A DNA stretch of 64,000 bases from Ginglymostoma cirratum (lineage: Eukaryota). The stretch spans positions 22,032,750-22,096,749 of the forward strand of contig JAHRHZ010000069.1 in NCBI GenBank assembly GCA_024137785.1, written 5' to 3'. Numbering within the stretch: the stretch's first letter is position 1; every line of letters starts with the position of its first letter. The notes under the pieces were generated by a model, which worked only from the letters and a program-made list of their open reading frames with translations, searched no databases and was not told the DNA's origin. The translations under genes were made by a program, and so were the position numbers. Of this stretch, positions 1 to 13,589 are shown one piece after another.

Positions 1-1404
1 AGTGTATATTTATTGATAGAAATTAACAAGCCACACAAGAACTCAAGGCACTTGGGTGCTCCGGGGGTTATAGTGTCCCTTTCTGGTGAATAGCTGATTG
101 GTTATATTAGCCTGCTGAAAAAGAGCTGCTGCTGTTTGCTAATGTGCAGCACAAGCATTTCTTTCTAAACTGTTGTTACAGAGATTGCAATCCTTTCAAA
201 TCTCCCCATCTGTGCTTCATTTTGCTTTATCCGGCCTGAGTCCAGTGCTCTAATTCATAACGCTTTGTCCTTTGCTTAAATAAATCTTTATTAATTGTCA
301 ATGAGCCATGATTAGATCAGTATACTCTGCAATGACATGAGTCAGGGGTTGTGGTTGTCTGAAAGAAAACCCTGTTTGGAGAAGCCCTCTGTGGCAATTT
401 GCATTGGCAGTGCAACACCCAATTTGCTCTTTACTGCTTACTCGTCTATGTAAGTGACTATTGGATACGTTGTGAACGTACAGGATTATGGTTAATAGAC
501 TAATTCCACTTTAGCAGCAGTGGCTATCTGTAAGTGTTAATTGGTGGATCACAGATCTGCACCACTACAAACCAGTTAAAATGAAAAATACCTCATTGTT
601 CTAAACTTAATTATGAATAGATAGAAGTGTTGAAGTGATAAATTTATTTCAACTTGTATACTGTTACATTTGATATCGACTAAAATTGTAAGATTTCATG
701 CAGCTGTAACAACAGATGAGCTTTCTTGTCACATTTTTCCACATCACAGAGACATTAATGGTCATCAGCAGCATTTTACAATGTTACATTTGATTAAATT
801 TAAGCTGAGAATTTTAAGAGAATTTGCTCAAAGATGGGTTGGGTTTGACTCAAATTGTGAATATATTAATTGTTACTTTTAATGGTTTGTTGTGGAATTT
901 TTAAGCAATTGCTTTATAAATAGGTATGGCACATGATTTCAACAATTCAGTGTTAAATTCTCAATCTTGCTCAGCTGAGATTATTTTAGCTGATTGTGAT
1001 AATTGGCAAGATGCCATATTGGTTCAGCAGTGGTTACCTTTCTGACATTGGCCTTGATGGTAATGGTGAAAGAAGCCTTATTGTGCATTTGCTCGTTTCA
1101 TACTTAACCTGAAGTGCTGAAACCAGACAAGTTGTAATTTCTAGCACCAACGTCCTTCAGACTGATAAGCACAAGATTTAAACACTTTTAAAGTATTTTA
1201 TAAAGCTCCATATTTGTTACTATGATACAATCATCATAAATCACAGCCATGTTCTGTACACTGAAGGAGTTATCCATTCTGGGAAGTTGGGCATGTGATG
1301 ACGTCTCAAGACCGAAATGGATGTTGCTGATGTGTTGGTGTCTGAAATGTCACTGAATTTGCATACTGTCAAGTCGCACATTTGGTGTAGGCTATGTGAC
1401 TGAT

Positions 1405-1590
1405 TAGGGAAGTTGCTTAGCTCTGTTGACTGGACAAGTGGTTTGTGATACAGAGTGCTGCTAGTAGTGAGAGTTCAATTCCTGTATTTGGCTGAGGTAA
1501 CCGTGAAGGTTGTTTTCAACTTTGCTCCATGCCTGGGCCATGGTGACACGCAGGTTAAATTCACCATGACTCCTCTCTGTCTCAATTAAT
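1405..1590 (+). mobile_element. decayed tRNA-derived SINE (family S2)
   Basis: B-box-like gagttcaattcc, then the core ggctgaggtaaccgtgaagg...ggtgacacgcaggttaaattcaccat. The reverse complement of this core recurs at ~19595 and ~49705. Confidence 0.6.
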
Positions 1591-2324
1591 CCTTTGAAAT
1601 TTTGACAACCACTACCACTGTGTGACTGTTTATGCCAAAATATGAGCCTTTTGAAGCACTTAGTGAATGTACTATTTCTTCCTGTGGAAAACAAAATCTT
1701 TGCTTTAAATTTAAGGCTCACAATAAAGTATTGATCCAAATTGATGTACTTTGTTTGATTAAGATTGACTTGCTAGGAAATGTGCTGAATATCTTTTTAA
1801 ATGAATCGCAACTACATTGTTCGCTCAAACCATGGTACATCAGGTGTTAGGATATATTTGTGCAGCCAGGTGTTTTTGAAGTTTGTTTTTAAAGATCGGG
1901 TAGGCCAATGATAGTGAAATGGGGTGAATTCCTCCTTCCTCGGAACTTCTGACTTTATTTACTGTCCTTTCACGGTGTTCTCGGTGTCTTTTGTTTTTGA
2001 AAGAAGTTAAATTTCTATCTTTAATTAATTCTGATCATTATCCACATCACATTCTGGAGAGTTTTCAGCCACAAGTTTTGATACAACTTCCAACAGCCAA
2101 TTTTCAAACAAATGTACACACTCTGAGGAAAGAAAAATTGGGCAGGATTTTCATTGTGGGATTGGGAATCCAATACCCAAATAAATTTGAGATGTTGACT
2201 CGTGCCTCAGCTCTGTTCCTGACACCACTGTATTTTTGATTGTTAGCAGCCTAAGAGGCTAGAGACCGAGCTTGATAGCCAAGTGATAGTGGCGTGAGCC
2301 TCCAGCAGGGGAGATTTCCTCTGT

Positions 2325-2459
2325 ATTCCAGATGATATTAAGGGGGCAAGACAGGGAAGATAAACTATTTTCACTGCTTGGGTGTTCTAGAACTAGGGGA
2401 CATAGTCTGAGAATTAGGGCCAGACCATTCAGCAGAAATATTAGGAACCACTTCTACAA
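2325..2459 (+). mobile_element. old CR1 LINE 3' fragment, left half (split by a younger CR1)
   Basis: Reads SRTRGHSLRIRARPFSRNIRNHFY, the CR1 ORF2 C-terminal motif. It resumes at 3423. Confidence 0.75.
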
Positions 2460-3422
2460 CTGCTGTTAGTCATTTTTATAGATGACCTGGATGAGGGCGT
2501 AGAAGGATGGGTTAGTAAATTTGCGGATGACACTAAAGTCAGTGGAGTTGTGAATAGTGCGGAAGAATGTTGCAGGTTACAGAGGGAAAATAGGTAAGCT
2601 GCAGAGCTGGGCTGAGAGGTGGCAAATGGAGTTTAATGTGGAAAAGTGTGAGGTGATTCACTTTGGAAGGAGTAACAGGAATACAGAGTACTGGGCTAAT
2701 GGTAAGATTCTTGGTAGTGTGGATGAGCAGAGAGATCTCTGTGTCCATGTGCATAGATCCCTGAAAGTTGCCACCCAGGTTGATAGGGTTGTTAAGAAGG
2801 CGTACGGTGTGTTAGGTTTTATTGGTAGAGGGATTGAGTTTCGGAGCCGTGAGGTGATGTTGCAGCTGTACAAAACTCTGGTGCGGCCGCACTTGGAATA
2901 TTGTGTACTGTTCTGGTCGCCGCATTTATAGGAAGGATGTGGAAGCATTGGAAAGGGTGCAGAGGAGATTTACCAGGATATTGCCTGGTATGGAGGGAGG
3001 GTCTTATGAGGAAAGGCTGAGGGACTTGAGGCTGTTTTTGTTAGAGAGAAGAAGGTTAAGAGGTGACTTAATGGAGACATACAAGATGATCAGCGGATTA
3101 GGTAGGGTGGACAGTGAGAGCCTTTTTCCTTGGATGGTGACGGCTAGCACGAGGGGACATAGCTTTAAATTGAGGGGTGATAGATATAGGACAGATGTCA
3201 GAGGTAGGTTCTTTACTCAGAGAGTAGTAAGAGTGTGGAATGCCCTGCCTGCAATAGTAGTAGACTTGCCAACTTTAAGGGCATTTAAATGGTCATTGGA
3301 TAAACATATGGATGACAATGGAATAATGTAGGTTAGAGGGGCTTCAGATTGGTTTCACAGGTGAGCGCAACATCGAGGGCCGAAGGACCTGCACTGCGCT
3401 GTAATGTTCTATGTTCTATGTT
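2460..3422 (+). mobile_element. 5'-truncated CR1/HER1-type LINE (RT to 3' tail), two frameshifts
   Basis: LLLVIFIDDLDEGVEGWVSKFADDTK (FADD at 2520-2531), WQMEFNVEKCEVIHFG, LVRPHLEYC, RGRFFTQRVVRVWNALP. Ends in an (atgttct)n tail. Confidence 0.95.
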
Positions 3423-3645
3423 ATAGAAAGGGCGGTAGATGTTTGGAACTCTCTTCCATAAATGGCACTGGATGCTGGATCAGTTGTTAATTTTAAATCC
3501 GAGAATTTTTTTGTGAAGCAAAGGTATTAAGGGGCATGGTCTAAAGTCAGGTTTATGGAATTAAGCCACACATCAGCCATGATCTCATTGAATAGCAGAA
3601 CAGGCTCGAGGGGCTGAAAGGCCTATTCCCATTGCTATGTTCCTA
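3423..3645 (+). mobile_element. old CR1 LINE 3' fragment, right half
   Basis: ERAVDVWNSLP, then the CR1 3' UTR atcagccatgatctcattgaa...ggctcgaggggctgaaaggccta...atgttcct. Confidence 0.8.
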
Positions 3646-6600
3646 CTCTTGTGAAACAAACCTAAGATCATGTTTAACAGCCCCTGATGGGACATTATAA
3701 CAAAAACAAAAGGAAACATTGAACAGAAACTTATAAAAGGTGAATGGATCCTTATTGAATCAGATGTATTCTATACTTAGTGGAAGCTGGAACACAGGAC
3801 TGAATAGAAGATTTATGGCTTCATTGCATGTAAGATGCAATGTCCTAAAGCAACAGAAAATGTAAAATATGCAACATCTTCACAAGTCTAAATGATAACT
3901 TACTGGGGTGTATGAGTTGTGTTGCTTTAAATTGTTAAAGGATTTTTAAAGAGCTTTGTTAATCATTAATGCTTGTAATCAGTCCTTGAAGCAGAGCTGT
4001 TGGGGGGGATGAAAACATGGAAGTAGATGTTAAAGTGAACATTATGTTCTACATTGTCTTTGCTGCTGGCTTTATCTATCACCAGCTTCCAGTTGCAGAA
4101 TGCGTCTCAGTGAAGGAAGCCCCATGACCGAGATGGTAAAATAAAAACTGCTGATTGGAATACAGAAACTCTTTTTGAAGAACTTCACACAAAATTTATC
4201 GTATGGCTAAGCTGTGTTCAGAAACTATGATGAGTTTCTTTATGCAGTGAACTTAAATATGTTCTGAGAAATGAACTCGTTCTTGACCTTATTTTAAATG
4301 AACTGTCTTTGGTAGAGGTTGACTAATAAGACTTAATTGAGTCATATTGAAATAATATTCATCCTAAATTCCCATTCGACTGAAAATTCAGAAGAAAAAA
4401 GAGTTCTTTGTAACCTCAATGCCAGACTCACATAATTGAGCAGCCATCAGAATTCCGGTTTATTCCAAGTTGTCTGTACTACTTTAAATACACAGAAGTG
4501 AATAAGTAGGAGTGCTGCTTCTTCATACTGTAGAATCACTGTCACTTTGAGCTGTGTTTTCACACTTAAAACTAAACTTTCCTGATTTATTATAGCTTCA
4601 GCGAAGACAAGCATGCTATACAGAAAAATGTACAATTATGTGTAAAAAGGATCATAAACCCGACACTCTTGTTTTTCACCTAGTCTTGCCATATGACTTG
4701 TTACCATACAAGTAAAGGCTATTAGCAGCAACTTCAGTAATCTTGATTTATCAAAGGCAGCATCTCACAGAGATTGTGGCATTCCTGACAGAATGGTTTG
4801 TGATGATCCATCGTGGGCAATTTGAAATTTGTACTACTGAAGAAGATAGTCTATACAGCAAAGACCCAGTAGCTTTTTAGTGAGTTAGGAAACTGACCCG
4901 ACTGAGGAACATCCTTCAGCAGTCTGTTTTGTGCACTGTGGTTATAAAATGCTTTGGCTATGTTAATAAACATAAGAGATTAATAAATTATGCCAAAAAT
5001 AAAATGTGTGGTAAGTTTAGCGCTGATGGATAACTAATATTTTTTCATCAATGTCTATGCTGCCACGCATCTTGCATACCAGTAACTTTTTGTTTCATTT
5101 GTAACCCTGGGGAGGAGGAGATGTATTTGAAAAGGTCCCATTTCTTATAGAGAAATTTGTTTCTTTTTTCTTGATCTCTGTGGCAAAATCATTCAACCAG
5201 TAGAATTCAGGAATTATTGCACAGTATTAATTGTGAATTAGTTCACTGTAAATTCTTTATGCTGGCGTTTGTCATTCATAGCAACTGCCAACTTGAACTC
5301 TAAAGCGCATAACAACCAGATCTACATTTATTATAAGCCACAGCTTGTATTCAAATCCACAGCAGGTTTATTTGCTGATTCTCTGTGTCACAAGATAGCT
5401 AAATATACTCTGGTTTGGGTGCAGGATTACGTTTTAAGTTTCTGATTTTGGTTTCTCTGTTGAGAGGGCAAGTGCACACAGCCCAGAGTGTGGATATTAA
5501 AGGAACAGTTGGTACATGATTGACTGTTCACCCCATTAAGTTGCACATGAGCACGTGGTGGCGGATCACCTGAGGAAGAGAAGCAAAAATCTACTTAAAA
5601 GTATTTGGGAATTGTTTCCAATAAATGTGTCAGATATCATGCATTGCATTTACATTTACATTGTGAGGCTGGGGATGTGCAGTTGATTTTTATCTGTGCT
5701 GAAATGTATAAATGTAAATGTTGATGATTATTGTTGCTTCCTGTGACATGTCTGATGAAGCCAGTGTGAGCAGATGACCTTTTGCACAGTACTTTCAGTC
5801 ATGGTCCACTTCCTTGCTGGAAGCATTCTGCTTTTACCTCACGTTTTGTAATTTGGCAACACAAACTTTTGTTTTCAATAATGTTGATACAGTAAACATG
5901 ATGGTAATATGTTCAAGGTTTTTTTTGCAGTCAGGATTGTTGTCTTAGAAGCAGTTTTTAGTCAAAGGATAAAATCTGAAGTTGTTGTATCATAATGTGG
6001 TTTCCATTATTAAGAAAGTATCCACTTTAAAAGTAAAACCATTCTTGCTGCTGAAAAGGGAGTTGTTAATATTGTATTTTGTCAGAATCTCCTCTGGTTA
6101 GGGTTGTTTCTCACCTCACTAGCTATTTTGCATATGAGCTTGCTAAACAGATTGTAATTGCATATTCCTGCACATTTATAACCTGACCCTGTTTCCCCAT
6201 CAGAAATATAGCAACATCTTTCAGAGTTCATTACTACTTGTGCCACTTGAAATAATTGCCATGATGTTCGGACCAACTGGGTGATAAACATGATGCAGAC
6301 CCTCCGGAGTGATGAAGGTGTATTCTTCACTTTAAAGGAGCCTAGATATTTCATTAGTTATTGAGTAATGTTAACCTGGAAAACAAAACCAAAACACATG
6401 GTATGAAATTTTAGTGGAAAAATGAAATCAAGATGCATACTCATGAATTATGATTCCAAACAGAGTAAGCAGCTGAATCTGTTTGCAATACAGCCTCTGA
6501 TTTGAATGATGAATGTACTATCAAGAAAAAAAATTCATTCTAATTACTCAGAGTCCAAATAAGTGAGTAATTGAGTAGCTGAACCATACAGATAGGCGAC

Positions 6601-6699
6601 AATTTAATTTGCAACAATACTGGTTCTACAATTGACTTAATCCCTGCGTTGGGGAGATAATATCTAGAAATATCCAGTAGATGCTGCTACAATTACATA

Positions 6700-6990
6700 C
6701 AATTTATAACATAGATACAACTTTCAGTCCAATCAGTTTGTGTTGATGTTTATGCCCCACGCAAGTTGAAGTCCCACATATCTGTTCTGTTCCTAAATCC
6801 CATAACCCTTTTTGCTCACCAATCTTACCTGTTCTTAAAACTTGACTTGGATTCTGTTTCAATAACTAGCTCTGGTATTGCAATTCAGTTTTACAGCCTT
6901 CTGTCGAGGATAAATTATTCTGTCAGTGCATAATCTATTGCTTTAATCTTGTATTGATGTACCCTCGTTGCAGACCCCTCAGCTACTGCA
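6700..6990 (-). mobile_element. highly decayed CR1-like 3' end
   Basis: Weak reverse-strand similarity to other CR1 3' ends in the window (ttcagtccaatcagtttgtg; cttgtattgatgtaccctcgttgcagac). Confidence 0.35.
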
Positions 6991-7649
6991 TTTTCTATTG
7001 GAACAAACTTATTGAGAGGACAATTAATTTTCCAGGTTTCTTTTTCTATCTTTTTCACATCATTCTTGTGATGAATACCTTTTTTATTGGATGTAATTTT
7101 GTGCTATAGCAGCTAGCACTCGCTGAACGTTGTAACCCTCAGGGAATAAAAAGTTCCAAGGGATTGGTAAAAGTTGCATTCAATTTTACCTAGCAATAGG
7201 TGTGATACTTGTTGCAAAGATTTCATTGGACCACTCAAGGTGCTGAAGGGGAGGTCCAGGCTACAGTTGGCTGGAGTTAGAAGACCAGTAGAGGCAGAGA
7301 CAGGCTCCAGGCAGAAAATAACTGCTAAACAGTGCTGCTGAGGAGGCAGCTTAGGGCCACCTGCTCTACGTCGTCAACACTCAGGACGAAGTTCCAGGAG
7401 TCATTAGGTTCAGAACTGATAGTGTAGTTGAGGCTCAGTGAGAAGTTAAATGTAGGTGGATAGCTCTGTGCTGTCTGAACTCAAGAAGGTGTTGCAGGAG
7501 CAGTAGGTACAGCTATGTGTTGGAGTTAGAGCTTAGAGAAAGTTCTGGGAACTGTGTTTACTTGGTTATGTTTAACGTTTGTTATGACCAGTGTGGAAGA
7601 TTTGATGCACTTCCCGTACAATTCTCCAATCCAGCTAGGAGAGTGTTAG

Positions 7650-8195
7650 ACAACACCATATGGAGCTGGAGGAACACAACAGGCCAGGCAGCATCAGAGG
7701 AATGGGAAAGTTGACATTTCGAGTCGGGACCCTTCTTCAGAAATGAAGAGGGGAAAGGGAGCTCAGAAATAAATAGAGAGAGGAGGGGTGGGGCTGGGGA
7801 AGGTAGGTGGCATGGTGATAAGGGAGTGCAGGTAGGCAGTGGTGGGGATTGGTCAATGAGGTGGGATAGGTGGGGGAGAAGATGAACAGGTTGTGCCACA
7901 TCAAGGAGGTGGGGATGAGAGGGAGGCTTGGACATGGGATGAGGCTGGGCAGGCGGGGTGATTTTAAAAACTGGTGAATTCCATGTTTAGGCCATCGGGC
8001 TATAGGTTCCCGAGGTGGAATATGAGGTGTTCCTCCTCCAGTTTGCAGGTGGTGTCATTGTGACACTGGAGGAGGCCCAGGATGTACATGTCACCCAGGG
8101 AGCGGGAGAAGGAGTTAAAATGGTTCGCGACTGGAAGGTGCTGTTGTTTGTCATGTACAGAGCGCAGATGCTCTACGAAATGGTCTCCGAGTCTT
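7650..8195 (-). mobile_element. Penelope-like element 3' fragment: GIY-YIG C-terminus plus family A pLTR
   Basis: Minus strand ~8195-7965 translates RLGDHFVEHLRSVHDKQQHLPVANHFNS...KLEEEHLIFHLGNL*PDGLNMEFTSF*, typical of the PLE endonuclease tail. A C-rich UTR and a pLTR with a hammerhead-like core follow (7713-7740). Confidence 0.85.
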
Positions 8196-11100
8196 CATTT
8201 GATCTCACCGCTGCTGTAAAGGTGTCTTGTATATTTCCACTTGTAGCAAGTGGATATTGCTGAAGGTAAATAAATGCTGTTTGGCAATTGTGTTGCTGCT
8301 CTTTTAGTTTAGTTTGAAAATGTATAGCAAACAATTTTAGTAAATTGAATACAGCATAAGATATTTTGGAAGAGTTGAAGAAATGCAATTCTCGGGTGCT
8401 TCAGATAGGTAGTTTGAGGCTGTTTGACTGAAAATAACGTAATTTAGTTAGAATAAAGCTAACCAGACTTGAGAAGTCTCTGTATTCCTGATGTTGATAG
8501 TTGAAGATGTTGAGGGTTGTGATTTAATGGCTCAAAATGTTTTTTTTAATGCGTCAAATTGTTCCAGAGCGGATTGGGTTGTGCTGTCAATGATCAGCAG
8601 CAGATTCCACTGTAATAATTTGTTCCCATGAGATACTTACCTACATACTTCCTTTTAACGCACGAAACAGCCCAAGGACTTCACAAGACAAATTATCAAA
8701 TGACTGTAGGAGTTCAGAGAGACAGAGAAACAAAATAGCCACACCAAGATGCTACAAGAAATCATACCCAAAAAATTTGTCTATGTGCTGTTAATTTTTA
8801 TGATACTACCGTAAGCAGTTTTGGCCCTAAACTTTGAATTTTTTAAAATCTCTCTCTTTCGCTGTAAGTCTATCCTGTCTCCTTATGTGGTTGACATCAC
8901 ATTTTGTTTGATAATTGCGCTTATGAAGTACTTTGGGACAGTAAAGGCATGACATAAATGTAATTTGTACTTTCTACTGCTGTGGATTGCACAAGTCCAA
9001 CTGATGTTACTTTTTAATACTGTTTTTAAAACTGCTGTTTGGGAAATTGAAGTGATTTTTTTTTGACAATGTTGTTTTCTGGTTGGGATGTTATCGTTGT
9101 GTTTTGTGACTTTGCTCGGCTTACAATTTTGGCTTACACGCATCTGTGACATACTCTTTTGTAACAGGCCAGATGCTGTAATTCAAAGCTATCCCTTTCA
9201 GCAAAACCAATTTATATTGCTTTTATTAAATCCAGCATTCTCCTTAAACAGAAAGTGGGTGAAACTTATTCTGTTAGGTAATGAAAACAACTGTAGCAGA
9301 CAGTTTAAGTATACTTTTTCATTTAATGTCTGTTCTGCCCTCCAGACTAGTTTATTAAAAATGTTAAAGATGAGGGAAACATGATGGAATCCCAGCTCTC
9401 TGAAGGCTAAAGCTAAAAATAATAATGACTGAATTCTTGGTTTAAGCCAACCTTAAGCTCCCTTGATTACTCTGAGATTTTTACAGCAATGTCCTGATCA
9501 TATCATTTCTGCTTTGTTGTGCAGGATTTGGTTGTACCTTCTAACATTTTAGCCCCTTTCATGGTTGTATTTTTCCAATTTCTATCTCATTGATCAGATT
9601 GACTGAGTAAAATTTGACAACGCACCATATTGTGTTTTGAACACGAGGCAAAGTTTGATGTCACTCCCAAGTTGAGTTTCATGGGGACTGTGTATATCTT
9701 CATGTTAACTTCAGGACCAGAGGCTTGAGGCCAGTCTTTCTGTTGTGCCACCAATTGGGGTCTTTAAGTGACTAACTAACGTCCACTCCAGGGCCACATC
9801 CCTCCACTAAGTGTATTCAGTCAGCTCCTGATTGAGGATAAGTTGATATCTCAGCTTACTCCAGTTGGATGAAGTACACACAGTCCTTGTTATCTGCTGA
9901 GGTGTTATCTCTGTGCTCGTGAGGTCAACCCCAGGACCCATCACGAACTTTTTCAGAAGGCTTTGAACTGCACGCAATGTTTCAAAATGCCTGCAAATGA
10001 GCAGGAGTGTGTGAAGATGTATTCCTGCATATGTGAGTCTGTTCCTATGTGCAAATCTCCCATACCATCTATGTGTGAGCATCTGCATCCCACTGTCTTG
10101 TCCAGTTCCACATGTGGTCTGCCCTGGTAAACATCACACCGTACATCTGAGGGGCCCTTTAGTGGTATGTGTGTTTGTTGTTACCTGTGCCATGTCCATG
10201 CCCCTATCCTTTGTGGATAATGAGTTCGGAGTGCAATGCATCTTTCTTATTGATACTCTGCAGCAAATTGTTCTAATATCACTGAAGAACCTAGGCAGAC
10301 ATTTTAAAAGTCAGAACTAATTGTGAAGTTTTGCTTAAAATTTCCAGGTAGCTGTGATTTAATCAGAGCTGGTACATGTGCCATGTGCAGGAACTATCTG
10401 TTTAATAAGGTACCGAGTATGTATCCACTGATGAAAAGCACTTCCTGTTTGCTTCAAACATTCAAGTAATCTCAGTGGAAACTACCTAAAGTTGATCTGA
10501 AAACTGTTGTCTTTTCTTTTACATTAACCTCCCCGTTCAGGTCAGTTGTTCATTAACTTTTTTCTTCATTCTGTGGAAATCAGAACATTTTGGAATTGCT
10601 GATGTCCACCTGAAAGCTTGTGGCTTGCACTTGTCTGAAATGGATCTTTTTGCATGAGTATTTCTTTGATTGAGCTGTCTTTTGTGCTCCTCTTCTGTGC
10701 CTCATGGGAGCAATACCGAATTGCCCTTATATTGGTATTCCTACAGATTTCCTTCTGATGAACAAATTTCCCAGCTCACTGGCTCCTTAAAATGTCTTCA
10801 TTTTGTTTTGGAATTAGAAAAATGAAAGTGCTGTGTACCTTGGATCTGCTGGTTGTTGGGGGAGTGTAGTGCCAACTCTGGCATACCTCCTCAGCAATTT
10901 AGGTAGGACTTTCTCCAGGGATCTTCCCCCATCCCCACCAGTCCTAACCAGAGTGATTGTTTTAAATTTCTGTCAGTTACATTCTAAAAGCACAAAAATA
11001 TACTTTATGGCTAATCAAGTCCATGCGAGGGTGTTTCTCCTCAAGATCCTGAGCCCACTCATTCTTCAATTCCGAAATTCTGCTCTTTGCTGGAAAAAAA

Positions 11101-11519
11101 AGGAATGTTAATAAACGGAATCTTTGTTCTTAGAACAAAAATTCCTTTTCAGTAGCAGTTTGTGATAGATTTTCACATTTCAATAACTGTCTGTTTCAGG
11201 ACTTTTATCCAACCTCAATGTCTTTTGGTGATTTTCTTAAATGTGTTCCCGTTCATTACCCTCCCTCAGACCAGTGAAAACAATCAATCCCTACTTGGCT
11301 TGTAATAACTTATCATTAGTCTTTAAGAGCTCTATTTGGTCAACCTTAAAATAGTGAAAAATGAACTTGTCTCTTCCTAAAATTTCAACACCTGAGCGAG
11401 TTGGTAGCAGCACTTTTAATATTGTCTTTGGGTCCTTCCTCTAAGTAGATTATTTGTAAATTGCGATGGCGGTGAAACTTGTAATCTTATCCAAGTTCAG
11501 CATTCATGTCATGTAAGTA

Positions 11520-12128
11520 CTGAATCTCCCATCATCAACTCCGTACAAGTTGGCATTGACCCACAAGTTTAACCGGACCAACCATATAAATAATATGGCT
11601 ACAAGAGCATGTCAGATTGGCTCTCTGTGGTGGCTAACTCACCGCTTGACTCTTTTAAAACTTATCCATCATGTGCAAAGCACCAGTCAGGAGGGTGATG
11701 GAATACTGTCCACATGTCTGAATGAGTTCAGAATCAACAACACACAAGAAGCTTGACACCTCATCCACCAATTTTAAGATTTCACTCCCTCCATCACTGA
11801 TTGACAATGACAGCAATGTATCCCATCTACAAATAGATGGCAGCGACTCACCAGGCCCCCATCAACCTCAAAGTATACCACCTAGACAAACAGGAGTAAC
11901 AGAAGTATGGTAGTACTCTCACTATCAAATTCCATTCAAAATACACACCATGCTGACTTGGAATTATATTACTGTTCCTCCTCTGGCACTGGTAGGACCC
12001 CCGGAATGACCTATGTGGCATCAAATACCATAGATTTAGAAGGTTGCTCACTGCTCCTTTCAAGGGCAATTAAGAATGAACAACAAACACTAGCCAGACT
12101 GGCCGCAAGCCGCGAATGAATATCGAAA
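11520..12128 (+). mobile_element. decayed CR1-group LINE 3' part (second lineage)
   Basis: Frameshifted peptides HKFNRTNHINNMATRACQ, QVRRVMEYCP-like and TTHKKLDT. The 3' end tcaagggcaattaagaatg...gaatgaat is shared with SINE family S3. Confidence 0.7.
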
Positions 12129-12179
12129 AGATTAGCTACTCAGTTTTATATTGTATGGATGTAATTTTGACATTGGTTG

Positions 12180-13000
12180 ATATTCTAAGGGAAAGTGATT
12201 TTAGCCACTTGTTACACATCTGCCAAGATATTCATTTTCATTTCACTCTTGCCCAAAGTTGTAAGTACTCCTGAGCTGCCAATTTGCGTTGTGTTCTTAA
12301 GGCCATTTCTGCCTGCATACATATGTTCCTGTCCTCTTCCTTTCATTTAAAACCTTCACTTAATTTCTGGTCTTGCTGCTGAAATACAGCGCTTCCGACC
12401 TTATTGCCTTGGACTTCATCTGTCACTTATTTGCTCTTCCTGCGAGTCTGTTTCCTTTTACAGTCTTTATCAATCCTTGTTGCAACTTATCATATTTTCC
12501 AATTTACTATAATCGAAAAATTCTGTTCCTGATCACTTATGTCTGGAGTAAATGCAGAGGCTCCAAAACAGACCTCTGTGAAACATTCTTCAGCACACCT
12601 CTCTTTTCAGGGAACATTTATTTTCCTACTGCCTTTGCTTCCTGTCTGCCAACCAAAGAGCTTGGCCAAGCAAAACTTGCTTTTCATAAATCTAAGCCAC
12701 TGGCCCTGATTGCCTTTCTTCAAATGTTTTGTAATTTTATCCATTTATACTTCTGTAATTAATTAAGCAAGGACTAACCTCAGCAAGGTTTTGCCCGTAT
12801 CTCTGTTTCAGAGAAGTAGATTACATTTAGCATCTTCCAGTGACCTGGCACAAAGGTCCTAACAATAAAATTCCATGTTTTTTTTTGCTAAATCATTAAA
12901 TTAAAAAATAGTAAATACTTTTTTTATCTGATTTCCATGATCCACGTAGCACTAGAGTTGAACACAATGCTTTCCCTCCTCAGACTAGAAAAAACTTGGG
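12180..13000 (-). mobile_element. old CR1 RT fragment
   Basis: The minus strand gives degenerate VSQRSVLEPL (GVPQGSVLGPL-like, ~12550-12590) and ANK*QMKSK (W-QMKFN-like, ~12405-12435). Confidence 0.55.
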
Positions 13001-13589
13001 TGTTTTTCACCTCCATAAGAAATGTCACCAATCTGTACTTCTGTTTTTCAAGTTTTACCATTCACATAATCTGACCCAGATTCTTTTCTATCTTGACAAA
13101 TCATTTTCTTATTTCATATTGGGTATCCTTCTCTTTGACTTTTCTTTTCCCTTCCTGTACTCATCTGAAATTGTATCATAATACGGTCACTGCTTCCCAG
13201 ATATTCCTTTACTTTTAGATTCTAAGCTTCCTCTACTTCATTAATCAGTACCATGTCAAATATATTTTGTTTCCTTTTAGTAGTTGAAACATGCTGAGAA
13301 AAAAATTTTGAAGATTTTTACCATTTTCTTAACTTATTCTAGTCAGGCATTTTAAGAAATATTTGCAATTATAATTTTGTTGGTAAAACATGTCTCTTTC
13401 TTTGGTCAGTAAATTTAGCTTTTATTTCTTTTCTCACTATTCACTGGTGTGTGGTTTGTATCCAGATTACTTGCTATTGTTCAAATCAAAGGAATTCAAT
13501 TTGAACCAAAAACACCAATTAAATTCTTAAGTTCTACTGTTACGACAAGATGTCTAGTAATATCTTTCATCCTTGCCTCTCTGTTCCAT

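Noticed and set aside
2557-3331. ORFs as host protein-coding genes (also 28986-29381 and 40680-41176)
   Set aside because: They are frameshifted, 5'-truncated CR1 ORF2 fragments.
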